Assembly: GCF_001194135.2 (NCBI RefSeq)
Contig: NC_068986.1
Location: 73,787,570 to 73,851,569 of the forward strand
Length of the DNA: 64,000 bases
Direction of reading: 5' to 3'
From: Octopus bimaculoides
Lineage: Eukaryota
The notes below the pieces were generated by a model that saw nothing but the letters and a program-made list of their open reading frames with translations, was not told the origin of the DNA and ran no database searches. Of the stretch, positions 13,201 to 26,428 are shown piece by piece. The position numbers and the translations under genes were made by a program. The first letter of the stretch is position 1. Each line of letters starts with the position of its first letter.

Positions 13201-14403
13201 CATCTATCACCAACTAGTTCCTTAGTTTATAGTCAATGTCTTAGGCAGAAGGCAGACTGTGATTTAATGAAAAATTAACTGCTATTTCTGATAAGTTGAG
13301 CAATCACATTAAGGCCTCTTAAGTTCAAATTTTTCTCATTTTCTGGATTTTGCTCTCCATTCTTAAAATCACATCAAAAACCAATATTCCGAGACTACCT
13401 TATATTCAACATTTTGACTCCCCAAAACCTTTTTAAATATAGAATTAAGATCTAATACATTTTAATCAATGAGCAGTAGAAGGCAAAATAAATGTATTTA
13501 ATTTTATTGACTTGTGCTAACGACCTTTCTAATGGACTCACACATATCTGAACTAATGAAGGATCTTCTATATAGTTGTTTGGCCTGTTAGAAACAGTTG
13601 GTAAATTACCTTCAAACTACATTTTAAAGGAAGAGTACATTGGACAACACAATCATTGATAGAGTGTCTGATAATAAGGTGGAATGGTCATGGTAGGAAC
13701 ACATAAATCTATCTACTGAGACAACAATAATTCACACAAAATAAACTTTCTTTTATTCAAGACAGAATGACAAGTTTTTCGTTTGTAACCATTCTTTTAG
13801 ATTCAGCATTTTTTTAAGATTCAGCTGATTTTTAATTGTTGCTTTAAGCCTAATACATTTTTAACTGATTGCGTGATGTTTGAAACTTTTCAAATATTTA
13901 AATCATGAATGTTGCACATTCCCAGTTCCCCTCCTCTGTAAGTAAAGCTGGAGTCATGTACATTAAGGATGAATATAGTTCTGAGGCCTCACATCATCAT
14001 CAGCATCATCAATATCACCACCATCACCACCATTGTTTTAGCATCCACTTTTCCTTGCTTGCATGGGGTCAGATGGAATTTGTTGAGACAGATTTTCTAT
14101 GGCTGGATGCCCTTTCTGTTGCCAACCCTGACCTTGTTTCTGAGCAAGGTATTATTTTCCTGTCGCCAAACATGTTTTTCAAGGAAGACTGGAAACAAAC
14201 AACAACTCCTGTATGACAATGATGCTCCATTACAACCAGCATGTGATGCCTAGGCAATAGTACACCTAAACCCACATATACACACAAAACGGGCTTCTTT
14301 AAGTTTCCGTCTACCAAATCCATCTCACTAGGCTTTGGTTGGTCTGGGGCTTTAGTAGAAAACACTTTCACATAGTTGGGAAGCAAGCTTCTTAACCAGA
14401 CAG

Positions 14404-14450
<47 letters not shown>

Positions 14451-14941
14451 TATAATAAAAACAAGGGTTACTCTATACTTTTGTAGAGTATAAATTTATT
14501 ATTCTTATACAAAAATGTTTTTTACAGTGACTTCGAAGTTTCAGCCAACTAAGCCATTGTTGGACTGTCTGACAACTGACAATAGCTTAGTTGGCCAAAA
14601 TTTTGGGGTCACTGTCAAGAACATTCTTGTATAATAATAATGATGATGATAATAATTTATTATTATTATTATTATTGTTGTTGTTATTATTATTATCATT
14701 ATCAATATTATTATATACACCCACTCCCACACACAAAACACACACAAACTCATGTGTACCCTGATAATTTTAGTTGATATAGCTTTCTGTCTACCTGCCT
14801 CCTGTTTATGACTTTTATTGCAAAAGACTTTGGTCTGTTTAATTTTAACTCACCTGGAGAAATTTGAAATTTGTTTTAAGAAGGCAGAGGTCACAAAGAC
14901 ACACAGACACACACACATAATAAACACCCATCCATGAATAA

Positions 14942-15001
<60 letters not shown>

Positions 15002-15669
15002 ACATTGCATTCCCATGACATGTCTGCAGCCATCTATTGAAAAGTCAAGAATAGATTGAGAAGCCATATCTTTAGCAACTTACATGTAAAAGTATATAAG
15101 TTTTTGGGGACTGTACAACATGGGTGTGGTTCTAGCAGAGAAGCAGACAGAAATTCTGGGTATTGGTGATAGTGATGATGGCGATGGTTGTGGTAGTGGA
15201 ATAGGGTGGGAAATGGTACTGCTGTTACTTTGAGGTGCTGCTATTTGAAAAAAAAAAAAACAATAAAAAAATCATATTACATGTCCTTTACTTCTTTTAC
15301 AGCTGTGTTTCTTTCTCCCCCCTTCACCTTTCTCCATATTGTGTTTCCTCATCACTTTCTTCCTCCCCTCCTACCTCTGTCTTTCTTTGTCTCTCTCTCT
15401 CTACCCCTGATTTCATACCTCCCCCACCTAACTCTACTACTACTACTATTTCTTCTATGGCACCTAGTATTAGTTACTGAATGGTGGTAGTGATGTTTGG
15501 CTATGTGTTGAAGCTAAAAGCTTTGTGAAGCAAACTACTATATATATATGTGTCCATATACATACATACATGTGTATGTATACATATACATACACATACA
15601 CATACATCCATACACATATATATGTATATGTATAGGTATGTAGGTATGTGTATCTGTCTGCCTGTTTAG

Positions 15670-15791
15670 TTCATAGCTGGGGAGAAGGAAGGCAAGTCGG
15701 TTTTAAAGAATGCTGCTGGCTTTATTACCCCGGGGCAGACAAAATTAAGGGATTTGAACCCCTTAAATGACGGAACACCAGAAACAATGGA
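15670..15791 (+). other. Candidate coding exon (unverified)
   Basis: GTCTGCCTGTTTAG|122 nt|GTAAGT; GC-richer than its flanks; one open frame [40 protein letters not shown]. Confidence 0.22.
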
Positions 15792-16030
15792 GTAAGTCTA
15801 TTGTCTATTGTAAACATGCATTCTACCCTTAAATCTTTGGTCCACTTTTTCACCATTCCACTGGCTTTGTTTCTAAAACCACAAGAATAATGATTTATTT
15901 TATTGTCTCATATTTGATTTATTTATTCTTGAAGAAAGGATTTTTTTTGTGATAGATTTTGGTATTTCTAGATTATTTTTGTAATTATTTTGTTGTTTGG
16001 TTTGGTCTTTATCAGATTAATTTTTATATC

Positions 16031-16218
16031 AGGTATCATCATCATCATCATCTTTATCATCACCATCATCATCACTGTCATCTTCATCATCATCATCATC
16101 ATCGTTATCATCATCATTATAGTTACCATTTTTGTCATTGTCATCATAATCACCACTGTCATCATCATCATCATCATCATCATCATCGTCGTCGTCGTCA
16201 TCAACATCATAATCATAA
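16031..16218. repeat. Imperfect (CAT)n microsatellite
   Basis: Directly visible; it generates the poly-H/I/M/D ORFs. Confidence 0.95.
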
Positions 16219-16639
16219 TCAACATGTTGAATGCAGATGTTTAGCAGCAAGCAACATCTGCTATCCATTTCCAGTTCTTGGTTGGAACCAGTTGATCTTT
16301 TTTTTTTCTTCTTTTTCGTTTCTTTTCAGTTAGATCCTTGGATATAATTCATAACTCGTGTGAAGGATTCTTTACACAGTATTAATATTATTATCAATAT
16401 TATCATTGTTAAGGCGGCAAACCTGGCACAATCTCCTTCTCTTGATCGTTCAAGTCTTGTTCAACATTTATTGTCACTCGTCCAGCTTCACCCTCTTCGT
16501 TATATACTTCGTTAGCAGAGTGATTTTCTTCCTTTTCGCTTTCTTCATTTCCTGCCCCTTCCTTTCCACTTTCTACTACTGTTGCTTCATACTCTTCCTG
16601 TTGTTATTACCATTATTATTTAATGATGATGATGATATA

Positions 16640-16692
<53 letters not shown>

Positions 16693-16789
16693 GTACCTGT
16701 TGAATGACTAAAGTTGATGAAATTGGCTTACCCCTCCTCTAAAATTGCGGGCCTTGTGCCAAAATTTGAAAACATTATTATTTTGGCAG

Positions 16790-17452
16790 ACAAGGTGGCA
16801 AGCCGACAGAATCGTTAGCACATCAGGCAAAATGCTTAGTGGCATTTTGTTTGTCTTTACATTCTGAGTTCAAATTTCGCCGGGGGTTTGCTTTGCCTTT
16901 TATACTTTCAGGGGGTCGATAAAATAAGTACCAGCTGGACACTGGGCTCAATATAATCGACTTACACTTCCCTTAAGACTACTGGCCTTGTGCCAAAATA
17001 TGAAACCAATTTTATTATTAGTGGCAGAACCTTTAGCATGCTGAGCTACATTTTTGTCTATTGTTATGTTCTAAGTTCAATTTCCACTGAAGTTGACTTT
17101 GCCTTTCATCCTTTTGGGGGTCAATAAAATAAGTACCAGTTCTGCACTGGAGCTGATTTAATCGACATAGCTCCTCCTCCAAAACCTGCTGGTCTTGTGC
17201 AAAAATTTGAAACAATTATTACTATTATTGTTGCTGTTCTTGTTGTTGTTGTTAGAATCATTAGCATGCTGGACAAAATGCATAGCAGCATTTTGTCTAT
17301 CTTTAGTTCTAAGTTCAAATTTGCCTTTCATCCTTTCAGGGTCGATAAATTAAGTACCGGTTGCGTACTGAGGTCGATCTAATTGACTGCCCTCACCTCG
17401 TCCAAAATTTCAGGCCTTGTGCCTATAATAGAAAGGGTTATTGTTATTGTTA

Positions 17453-17500
<48 letters not shown>

Positions 17501-17690
17501 GGAGTGATGCAGTAACTGAATCATTAAGGCTTCTGACAAGCCAGCTCTTTACATTCTGAGTTCAAATCTTTCATCCTTCCCCAGTTGATAAAATGATGTA
17601 CCAGTCAAGAACTGGGGTCGATATATTTGACTGACCCCCATTCCTAGTACCAAATTTGTGACCTTTTGTCTGTGTTAGAAAATATTATTG
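16790..17690 (+). mobile_element. Four consecutive SINE family B copies with (ATT)n tails
   Basis: Unit GGCAGAATCGTTAGCA..AAATGCTTAG..TTCTGAGTTCAAAT..GGGGTCGATAAA..GTACCAG..GGCCTTGTGCC repeated at ~16790, ~17020, ~17255 and ~17500; a 3' piece also lies at ~16690-16780. Confidence 0.8.
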
Positions 17691-17696
17691 CTGGTA

Positions 17697-18160
17697 TACT
17701 CTTTTTTTACTTGTTTCAGTCATTTGACTGTGGCCATGCTGGAGCACTGCTATTAGTCGAGCAAATCGACCCCAGGACTTATTCTTTGTAAGCCTAGTAC
17801 TTATTCTATCGGTCTCTTTTGCCGAACCGCTAAGTTACGGGGACGTAAACACACCAGCATTGGTTGTCAAGCGATGTTGGGGGGACAAACACAAATACAC
17901 AAACATACACACACACACACACATACAAACACACACATATATATATATATATATACATATATACGATGGGCTTCTTTCAGTTTCCGTCTACCAAATCCAC
18001 TCACAAGGCTTTGGTCGACCCAAGGCTTTGGTCGACCCAAGGCTTTGGTCGACCCAAGGCTATAGTAGAAGACACTTGCCCAAGGTTCCACGCAGTGGGA
18101 CTGAAGCCAGAACCATGTGGTTCGTAAGCAAGCTACTTACCACACAGCCACTCCTACTCC
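17697..18160 (-). mobile_element. SINE A, full length, with internal 17-bp triplication
   Basis: Reverse complement of the family; (AAGGCTTTGGTCGACCC)x3 at ~18005-18055. Confidence 0.9.
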
Positions 18161-18617
18161 TATGTCACAATGCAAAATATAAGTTTTAGGGTTCAGTTTT
18201 TTGTTAAAGTCATCTCACTTCAATGATACTGTAAATAAGACTTGGAAAGGCATGCACATCACACAGTCCCTTTAACTTTTCTCTCTTCCAAAACATAAGG
18301 CCTTCATTGTTTTACATTGCTGATCCATTTATTCATCATCATCATTTAACATCTGTTTTCCATGCTGGCATGGGTTGGACGGTTTGACTGGAGCTGACCA
18401 GCTGAAGTGCTGCATGTGTTCTATATCTGTTTTGGCATGGTTTCAACATGGGTGTGTGTGTGTGTTATGTTTTCAATATATGTTTGTATATATGAAAGTC
18501 GCAAGCTGGCAGAATTGGTAGCATACTAGGAAAAATGCTTTGTGCCATTTATTTAGTCTTCATGTTCTGAGTTTAAATTCTGCTGAAGTTGACTTTGCCT
18601 TTCATCATTTTGGGGTC

Positions 18618-19013
18618 GTGTGGTAAGTAGCTTGCTTACCAACCACATGGTTCCGGGTTCAGTCCCACTGCGTGGCACTTTGGGCAAGTGTCTTATACTA
18701 TAGCCTCGGGCCAACCAAAGCCTTGTGAGTGAATTTGGTAGACAAAAACTGAAAGAAGCTTGTCGTATATATGTATTTATATGTATGTGTGTGTATGTAT
18801 GTTTGTGTGTCTGTGTTTGTCCCCCCTTCATCGCTTGACAACCGATGCTGGTGTGTTTACGTCCCCGTGACTTAGCGGTTCGGCAAAAAGAGACCGATAG
18901 AATAAGTACTAGGCTTCCAAAGAATAAGTCCTGGGGTTGATTTGCTTGACTAAAGGTGGTGCTCCAGCATGGCCGCAGTCAATGACTGAAACAAGTAAAA
19001 GAGTAAAAGAGTA
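18618..19013 (+). mobile_element. SINE A nested in SINE B
   Basis: SINE B 5' part at 18505-18617 and its 3' part at ~19014-19095 flank this copy. Confidence 0.85.
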
Positions 19014-19589
19014 CCAGTTGAAATAAGTACCAGTCAATGTAACTCACTTACCCCTCCCCTAAAATTGCTGGCCCAGTGCCAAAATTTGAAACCGATATAT
19101 GTTTGTATGTATGAGTGTTCATGTTTGTGTATGGATATGTGAGTGGACATATGCATATGTAGGAGTGTATACACGTGTATGTGTGTACATGTCTGTACAT
19201 TTGAACCAGTCATAGACAGCCTACAGACTGTCTGATGACAAGCCATGTCTCATGTGGCTCCCTTCTCAAGAATAGTTACTCATGGCTGTCTTTGAATGTA
19301 GAAATTTGTATAAATATCTGGAATTATTCACCTGGTGGTAATGATTTGGTAATTACTGCTGATACTTCTATAAAGTATATGCTTACCTCTCCTCACACTA
19401 ACAATAGAGTACCTGAGAAGACATTACTCGGTAATTAAATAATTAAAGTTAAAATTTTTAATCGCTACCTTAATTCAAAATTTCAATATTTCCTAGGAAT
19501 TAACATGGACATGCATTAAAATTGAAACACTAAATATTTTTCTTGTATAATTTTTATATTGAAGAAGGGAAAAAACATTTTTATTCTTT

Positions 19590-19955
19590 TATTCTTTCTT
19601 TTATTCCTTTATTTGTTTCAGTCATTTGACTGCAGCCATGCTGGAGCACCGCCTTTAGTCAAACAAATCGACTCCAGGACTTATTCTTTGTAAGCCTAGC
19701 CTAGTACTTATTCTATTGATCTCTTTTGCTGAACCACTAAGTTACGGGGACATAAACACACCAAAATTGATTGTCAAGCGATGGTAGGGAGACAAACACA
19801 GACACACAAACATATATATATATATATGTATATATATATATGACAAGCTTCTTTCAGTTTCTGTCTACCAAATCCATTCTCGAGGCTTTGGTCAGCCTGA
19901 GGCTAAAGGAGAAGACACTTGCCCAAGACGCCACGCAGTGGGATTGAACCTGGAA
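19590..19955 (-). mobile_element. SINE A
   Basis: Family match. Confidence 0.85.
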
Positions 19956-20049
19956 CTTCGTATAAAAATGTTTATCATATTAAGTTTATACATTCAGCCA
20001 GTGTATATATGTGCGTGCATGTTTGAATATGTATGTTTCTCTCTCTTTC

Positions 20050-20090
<41 letters not shown>

Positions 20091-20101
20091 ATATATATCA
20101 G

Positions 20102-20138
<37 letters not shown>

Positions 20139-20794
20139 CTCTCTCTCTCTCTATATATATATATATAAGTATATATATATATATATATATNNNNNNNNNN
20201 NNNNNNNNNNNNNNNNNNNNNNNNNNNNNNNNNNNNNNNNNNNNNNNNNNNNNNNNNNNNNNNNNNNNNNNNNNNNNNNNNNNNNNNNNNNNNNNNNNNN
20301 NNNNNNNNNNNNNNNNNNNNNNNNNNNNNNNNNNNNNNNNNNNNNNNNNNNNNNNNNNNNNNNNNNNNNNNNNNNNNNNNNNNNNNNNNNNNNNNNNNNN
20401 NNNNNNNNNNNNNNNNNNNNNNNNNNNNNNNNNNNNNNNNNNNNNNNNNNNNNNNNNNNNNNNNNNNNNNNNNNNNNNNNNACACACACACTTTTGACTA
20501 TATGAACTGAAGTTGTTAAACATTTTTATTCTAATATTTTTCTTCTTAATCAGTATAAAAAATTGCACAGGAAAAAAATCATTTCAATTTAATGCATGTC
20601 TGTGTTAATTCACAGCAACATTGAAATTTTGAATTAAGGTAGCAATTAAATTTACATATATATCTTGCATGTATGTATATATCTGCATACACACATATTT
20701 GTATGTATGTATGTATGTATGTATGTATGCATGTATGTAATGTATGTATGTATGCATGTATGTAATGTATGTATGTATGTATGTATGTATGTAC

Positions 20795-21130
20795 ATATGG
20801 TTCAGTGATTAGATCATCAGGCTTTAAATCTTGAGGTCGGAAGTTCAATTCTTGGACCAGGCTGTGTTTTGTGTTCTTGAGCAAGACACTTTATTTCATG
20901 TTGCTCCAGTTCACTCAACTATAGAAATGAGTTGCAGCATCACTGGTGCCAAGCTGTATTAGCCTTTGCTTTTCCCTTGGATCACATCGATGGCATGGAG
21001 ATGGGAGGCTGGTATGCATGGGCAACTGCTGGTCTTCCACAAAAAAACCTTACCCAGACTTGTGCCTCAGATAGGAACTTCCTAGGTGCAATTCCTTCAT
21101 CATTTGTGACTGAAGGAGGTCTTTTTCCTT
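20795..21130 (+). mobile_element. SINE D
   Basis: Reverse-complement homolog of 1-345. Confidence 0.8.
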
Positions 21131-21565
21131 TTATATATATATGTACATATTTGTGTGTGAATGTATATATATATATATATTACTTGCTGAGTCTAAAGGA
21201 AGAAGCAGTATCCATAATCCCTGCAGGCTCTCCAAGACCAGGGAGGTTGATGCTTTTAATGTTCCACTTAAACTGAAACCAGTATTACTGTCTGCACTAA
21301 GGTGGCACGCTGGCAGAATCATTGGCACACTGGACAAAATGCTTATTGACGTATTGTCTGTCTTTATGTTCTGAGTTCAAATTCTGCTGAGGTTGACTAA
21401 AAATCAGTTGAACACTGCTAAGTACCAGTTGAATACTGGGGTCAATGTAATCGACTAGCCCCGTACCCCAGAATTACTGGCCTTGTAGCAAAATTTGAAA
21501 CCAGTATTTATTTAATCAATTGTTATAAGAAAGTTAATTAAGACACTGTTTCAACAGTGAGCAGT

Positions 21566-21675
21566 GAGGTGATACTACTATAGCTATGAGGGGGTACTCC
21601 TTTAGCTGTGAAATGGTACTGCCAGAGCAGTGGGGAGGTACTGATATAGCAATGAGGTGGTGTGACCATAGCTGT
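21566..21675. repeat. Degenerate 22-bp minisatellite, 5 units
   Basis: GAGGTGATACTACTATAGCTAT / GAGGGGGTACTCCTTTAGCTGT / GAAATGGTACTGCCAGAGCAGT / GGGGAGGTACTGATATAGCAAT / GAGGTGGTGTGACCATAGCTGT. Confidence 0.75.
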
Positions 21676-21689
21676 AATAGTATTACAGG

Positions 21690-21800
21690 TACCAGGTTCA
21701 GTCTCACTGCATGGTATGTTGGGCAAGTGTCTTCTGCAGTAGCCTCAGGCTAACCAAAACCTTATGAGCAGATTTGATAGACGAAACTGAAAGAAGCCTA

Positions 21801-21839
<39 letters not shown>

Positions 21840-22058
21840 TTTGTGTCTGAGTTTGTCACTCCCATCACTTGACAACTGGTGTCAGTGTGTTTATATCTCC
21901 TATAACTTAGCAGTTCAGCAAACAGGTCCGATAGAATAATCACTAGGCTTCAAAAGAAAATAAGTACCTGGGTCGATAAGTTTGACTAAAATTCCTCAAG
22001 GCAGTGCCCTGGCTTGGCTGCAGTCTAATGACTGAAACATGTAAAAGATAAAAGATAG
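21690..22058 (+). mobile_element. SINE A
   Basis: Family match, older and more diverged. Confidence 0.8.
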
Positions 22059-22489
22059 CATTATTGTTGGTTGGTCTTATGTCAGTTCTAAAAGAGCCAA
22101 TCTATGATCAAAACTGTTCCAGCCATGACCATCCCATCTCTTTGAAAATAAAGATCAAGGATTATATTATTTAATTTGCTTCCTTTATTTAAAAAACAGT
22201 AGTGTATGATTTCAGAAAGATTTGGCTGCTCTTTCTATCATGTTAAATGACTACTTAAAGATTCTCTTGTTTACCTGATGGCATTGTTGGTGTTGGTTGT
22301 AGTGGTGTTGTTATGGTGATGTTGTTGTGACTGTGTTGGTTATAATGTTACTGTGGTGGTGCACAATTTATTTTTAATGACAATATTTTGTTGTGAGTGT
22401 TATGATTATGGTACATGATTTATTTTACAAAATATCGTTTTTGTGTTTTTAGTTCCCAGCTAAATTAATCTATTTTCATCCTAATCATT

Positions 22490-23140
22490 ATTATTATTAT
22501 TCCATCCATTTTTCCCTTGCTTGCTTGCATGGGTTGAATGGTTTGGCCTTCTCAAATGCAGTGTCTCCCTAATTGTTATGTTCCTTTGCCATCTCCATTA
22601 TGAAATTCAATATCCTGAGATCATCTTTCATTACTTCTACCCATGTTTTTCTTGGTCTTCCTCATCAATAGATTCCTTCCACTCTGATCTCTGACACTTC
22701 CTATTCCATTTGTCATCATCAGAGCACATTACATAATCATACCAATGCAGTGATCTCTCTTGCATTCTACATGTCAATTTTTTTTTGTTTCATCTCATGT
22801 ATGCCTTGTTGTTCATGTACACCAACATTGCACATCTAGTGGAGTGTGCTCCTTTCATTTCTTTACTGTCTTTCTCACACCCTTTACATTCAGTACTCTT
22901 ATCCTACTGCCATATCCTTCAAAATTACCATGCTTCTTGAAATTCATCAACAGTACACCTGATGCACCTCACACACCCATTTCTTCTGGGGTTTTTTTCC
23001 TGAGACTTATTCACTGTTTACTTCCTGTGCATATTCTATGTACTTTTTCTGATGAGTTGTGGTGCACCTGAGTACTGTATCTTATTATGCAGCATCACAG
23101 TTAACAAACAAGCATCGTACAATTTACCATATATTCTGGC
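22490..23140 (-). mobile_element. Decayed RTE LINE 3' fragment
   Basis: Minus strand gives GKLYDACLLTVMLH, LHWYDYVM and GRPRKTWVEVMKDDLRIL, then the tail AACCCATGCAAGCA..GGAAAAATGGA-(AAT)n. Confidence 0.8.
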
Positions 23141-24600
23141 ATGCAAGTCAAATTATTCAGGCGAACATTTACAGCCCCAAAATGATAAATTGACTTATAC
23201 ATGAAGTTAACTTTGGAGGACCAAAAATTACATGTGAAACGGCAGCAGAATTTGAAAAAATAATGATGATATTTGAATGTTTACACAACAGGTTTACACT
23301 GTATACTATGTTGGCTTGTTTGCCAAAATATAAGGTACTTTTTACTTGATAAGAAACTCCCTTTCTTATCAGCTGAGACTATAGGACCCCTAACTTTTAC
23401 AACCCTATTCTTATTATAGTAGTGGTGGAGGGTATTGTGAAAAAAAAAACTCTCCTCCACTGCTAATTAGCTTGCCTAGGTGACAGAAGCTATCAACTAA
23501 TTCTATGGAGCCTTCTGAGTATTGAAAGGAATTTATTTAACAACTGCACTGACTGCTAACTACTCCCATGCATTTACCACATCAAAATCTTTATTTGCTG
23601 CCAGCCTGCCTGTGATCTCAGTACATCTCATGTGCACCCATAGTTCACACTGGATACACTATGTGGAGTTCCTACTTACTCCTTCACTACATATCAAACA
23701 TGGTATTTCCCTGATGGCAGCAGGTTTCTGTCTTCTTTCTTACTTTCTAAAACTTTACTCTTTGCCAAGTTTATTTAGAATCAAAGCCTCTTGATTCTAG
23801 GTTTTGTTGCCTTGCCAAAATAGAATACTGTACTCTGTCACCAAATATATCTATTTATTTGTGATTTCTCAATGTATACATACTTTTATATAAGAATGGA
23901 CTTACTGATATTTATTATTGAATGTACTTATCTTAAATTTACATTGCATATACATACATATCTTTTCGTATTGATTTAGTTTTGTATATTTTTTCTTTGA
24001 GTTTGGTTAAATTTGTGTAGAAGCTGTAGGAATGGACAAAATATTTAGCATTAGTTTTGATTTTAAATCTCAACATATTTCATGTTTTGCTTTATCTTTT
24101 TTTTTTATTTTTAATTGTTTCAGAGTTAATTAAATGAATGTAACTAATACGTTCAGAATTAATTAATGAAACATAGTTCTTTGCTCACATTTTAAATTAT
24201 AACATTAAAATACAAAGAAACAGAAATAGAAAGGAAAAAACAGGGGTGAGATGAAACCACAGATGATGACAATGATGATGATAGGGAATTGTGTATAATA
24301 GACAATTAGCACTGCTGTTTTAAGGTATGGGTACACCAGGCAGTTGCCTGGGGACTTTACATGTCTAGGGGCCCAATTCTGATCTATGTACTTTGTGGCT
24401 TGCTACCAATAAATAAATACTGTAGAGTCCAATGTGTTGATTTGTCAGGGGCATATAATGCCGCTAAGCCAGCTCTGATAGTGAGTGGTTTCAGACTGTT
24501 GATATATGGAAGCAAGTACCACATCTCCACTCTTTCTTTCCACTTTGTTACAAGGGTATTCAGTGTTCCACCACCCTTGTTGGTGGAGGTTTCATAAGCT

Positions 24601-24715
24601 GACCACCACCACCACCACTAGCAGTATCACCACCACTGACACCACCACCACCACCACCACCGGCACCACCACTGCCACCGCCACTGCCACCACCACCACC
24701 ACCACCACCATTATT
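24601..24715. repeat. Imperfect (CAC)n microsatellite
   Basis: Directly visible. Confidence 0.95.
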
Positions 24716-24974
24716 ATCATGCATGAGCATGATAATATAACCCAACACCAGCTATGGGTGCTGCCTTCAGAAATTTGGCTTCACTGATGAGGAAATAATG
24801 ATATGATTTATAGATATAGATCAGAGAAAAGATAGAAAAATATATTAGAAGGATCACTTTCTAATGGTCAGATGAAAAAGGATAAATGGCTGAAATGCTG
24901 GATTCTTCATTCCTCATGGCAACTGAACTGATTAACCACTTGTATGAATCCCCTGCCTCTCTCTCTCCTTATAT

Positions 24975-25378
24975 TTTATTCTTTTACATGTTTTAGTCAT
25001 TTGACTGCAGTCATGCTGGAGCACTACCTTAAAGGGTTTTAGTTAAAAAAATTGACCCCTGGACTTACTGTTTGTAAGCCTAGTACCTATTCCATTGGTC
25101 GTTTTTGCTAAACTGCTAAGTTACGGGTACATAAACACACCAACATCAGTTGTCAAGTGATGGTGGCAGGGAGACAAAAATAGATACACACACATACATA
25201 TATATGTATGTATATACAACAGGCTTTTTTCAGTTTCTGTCTACCAAATCCACTTACAAGGTTTTGGCCAGCCTGAGGTTATAATAGAAGACACTTGCCC
25301 AAGGTATCGTGCAGTGGGACTGAACCTGGAACCATGTGGTTGAAGCAAGCTTCTTACCACACAGCCATGCCTGCACCT
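24975..25378 (-). mobile_element. SINE A
   Basis: Family match. Confidence 0.85.
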
Positions 25379-26092
25379 ATGCTATATTATCCCTTTAGTG
25401 TTCAAATCACTCTGTCAAATGTAATACTTGTTTATTCACATTGTTTTCAATTAATCAAGTATTACCTTGTATCTTTGAGATTCCAATGAGGATGATGTTG
25501 ATCATCATCATTTAACATCTGTTTTCCATGGTACATGTGAGAGGCTGGATCTGGTTGGTTCGAGCATAAAACAGGGAAACATTTTGGGGCCTGATATGGC
25601 CAGTTTACATGCTTAAAAGCTTAACAGTCATCTCTTCTTGGCAGTAACACTCCTTCTATTATCACACACACACACACCTTTGGTTCTTTTTCATTTATTT
25701 TTGATTCTGAATATTCAAATTGATTACATAATAGGCTCAGGTGTGGCTGCAGGGTTAGAAGCTTGCTTCCCAACTACATGGTCCTGGGTTCAGTCCCACT
25801 ACTGTGTGGCACTATGGGTAAGTGTCTTCTACTATAGCCTCAGGTTGACCAAAGCTTTGTGAGTGGATTTGGTAGAAGCCCTGGCACTCGTGCCAGTGGC
25901 ATGTGAACAAAACATTGGACTGACTCCTGTGCAGGTGGCATGTAAAAAACACCATTTGAGCGTGGCCGTTGCCAGTACCGCCAGACTGGCCCTCATGCCG
26001 ATGACACGTAAAAAGCACCCACTACACTCTCGGAGTGGTTGGCACCCCCTCATATATATATTTATATATATATATGTGTGTGTATGTGTGTG

Positions 26093-26402
26093 GAAGCACA
26101 ATGGCCCAGTGGTTAGGGCAGCGGACTCACGGTTGGAGGATCGAAGTTTTGATTCCCAGATCGGGCGTTGTGTGTGTTTATTGATTGAAAACACCTAAAG
26201 CTCCATGAGGCTCCGGCAGGGGGTGGTGGTGATCCCTGTTGTACTCTTTCACCCCAACTTTCTCTCACTCTTTCTTCCTGTTTCTTGAGTAACGCTGCGA
26301 TGGACAGGCGTCCTGTCCAGCTGGGGGGAACACATATACCATAGAAACCAGGAAACCGGGCCTATGAGCCTGGCTAGGCTTGAAGAGGGTGAAAGAAGAA
26401 GA
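26093..26402 (+). mobile_element. SINE family E (tRNA head, GCGATGGACAGGCGTCCTGTCCAG core, (GAA)n tail)
   Basis: A box TGGCCCAGTGG and a decayed B box; the central motif resembles the core seen in V-SINE-like elements; only one copy in this window. Confidence 0.65.
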
Positions 26403-26428
26403 ATATATATACACACACACATACATAT

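Noticed and set aside
14848-14880. Minus-strand CTCCAG|GTGAGT junction
   Set aside because: The pyrimidine tract is weaker and it lies on the opposite strand from the better RS-like sites; it shows the background rate of such motifs.
15959-16333. His-, Ile-, Met- and Asp-rich ORFs
   Set aside because: They are all translations of one (CAT)n microsatellite; there is no splice or domain support.
18005-18055. Short direct repeats resembling a CRISPR array
   Set aside because: The 17-bp unit has no spacers and is a slippage triplication inside a SINE, in a eukaryotic context.
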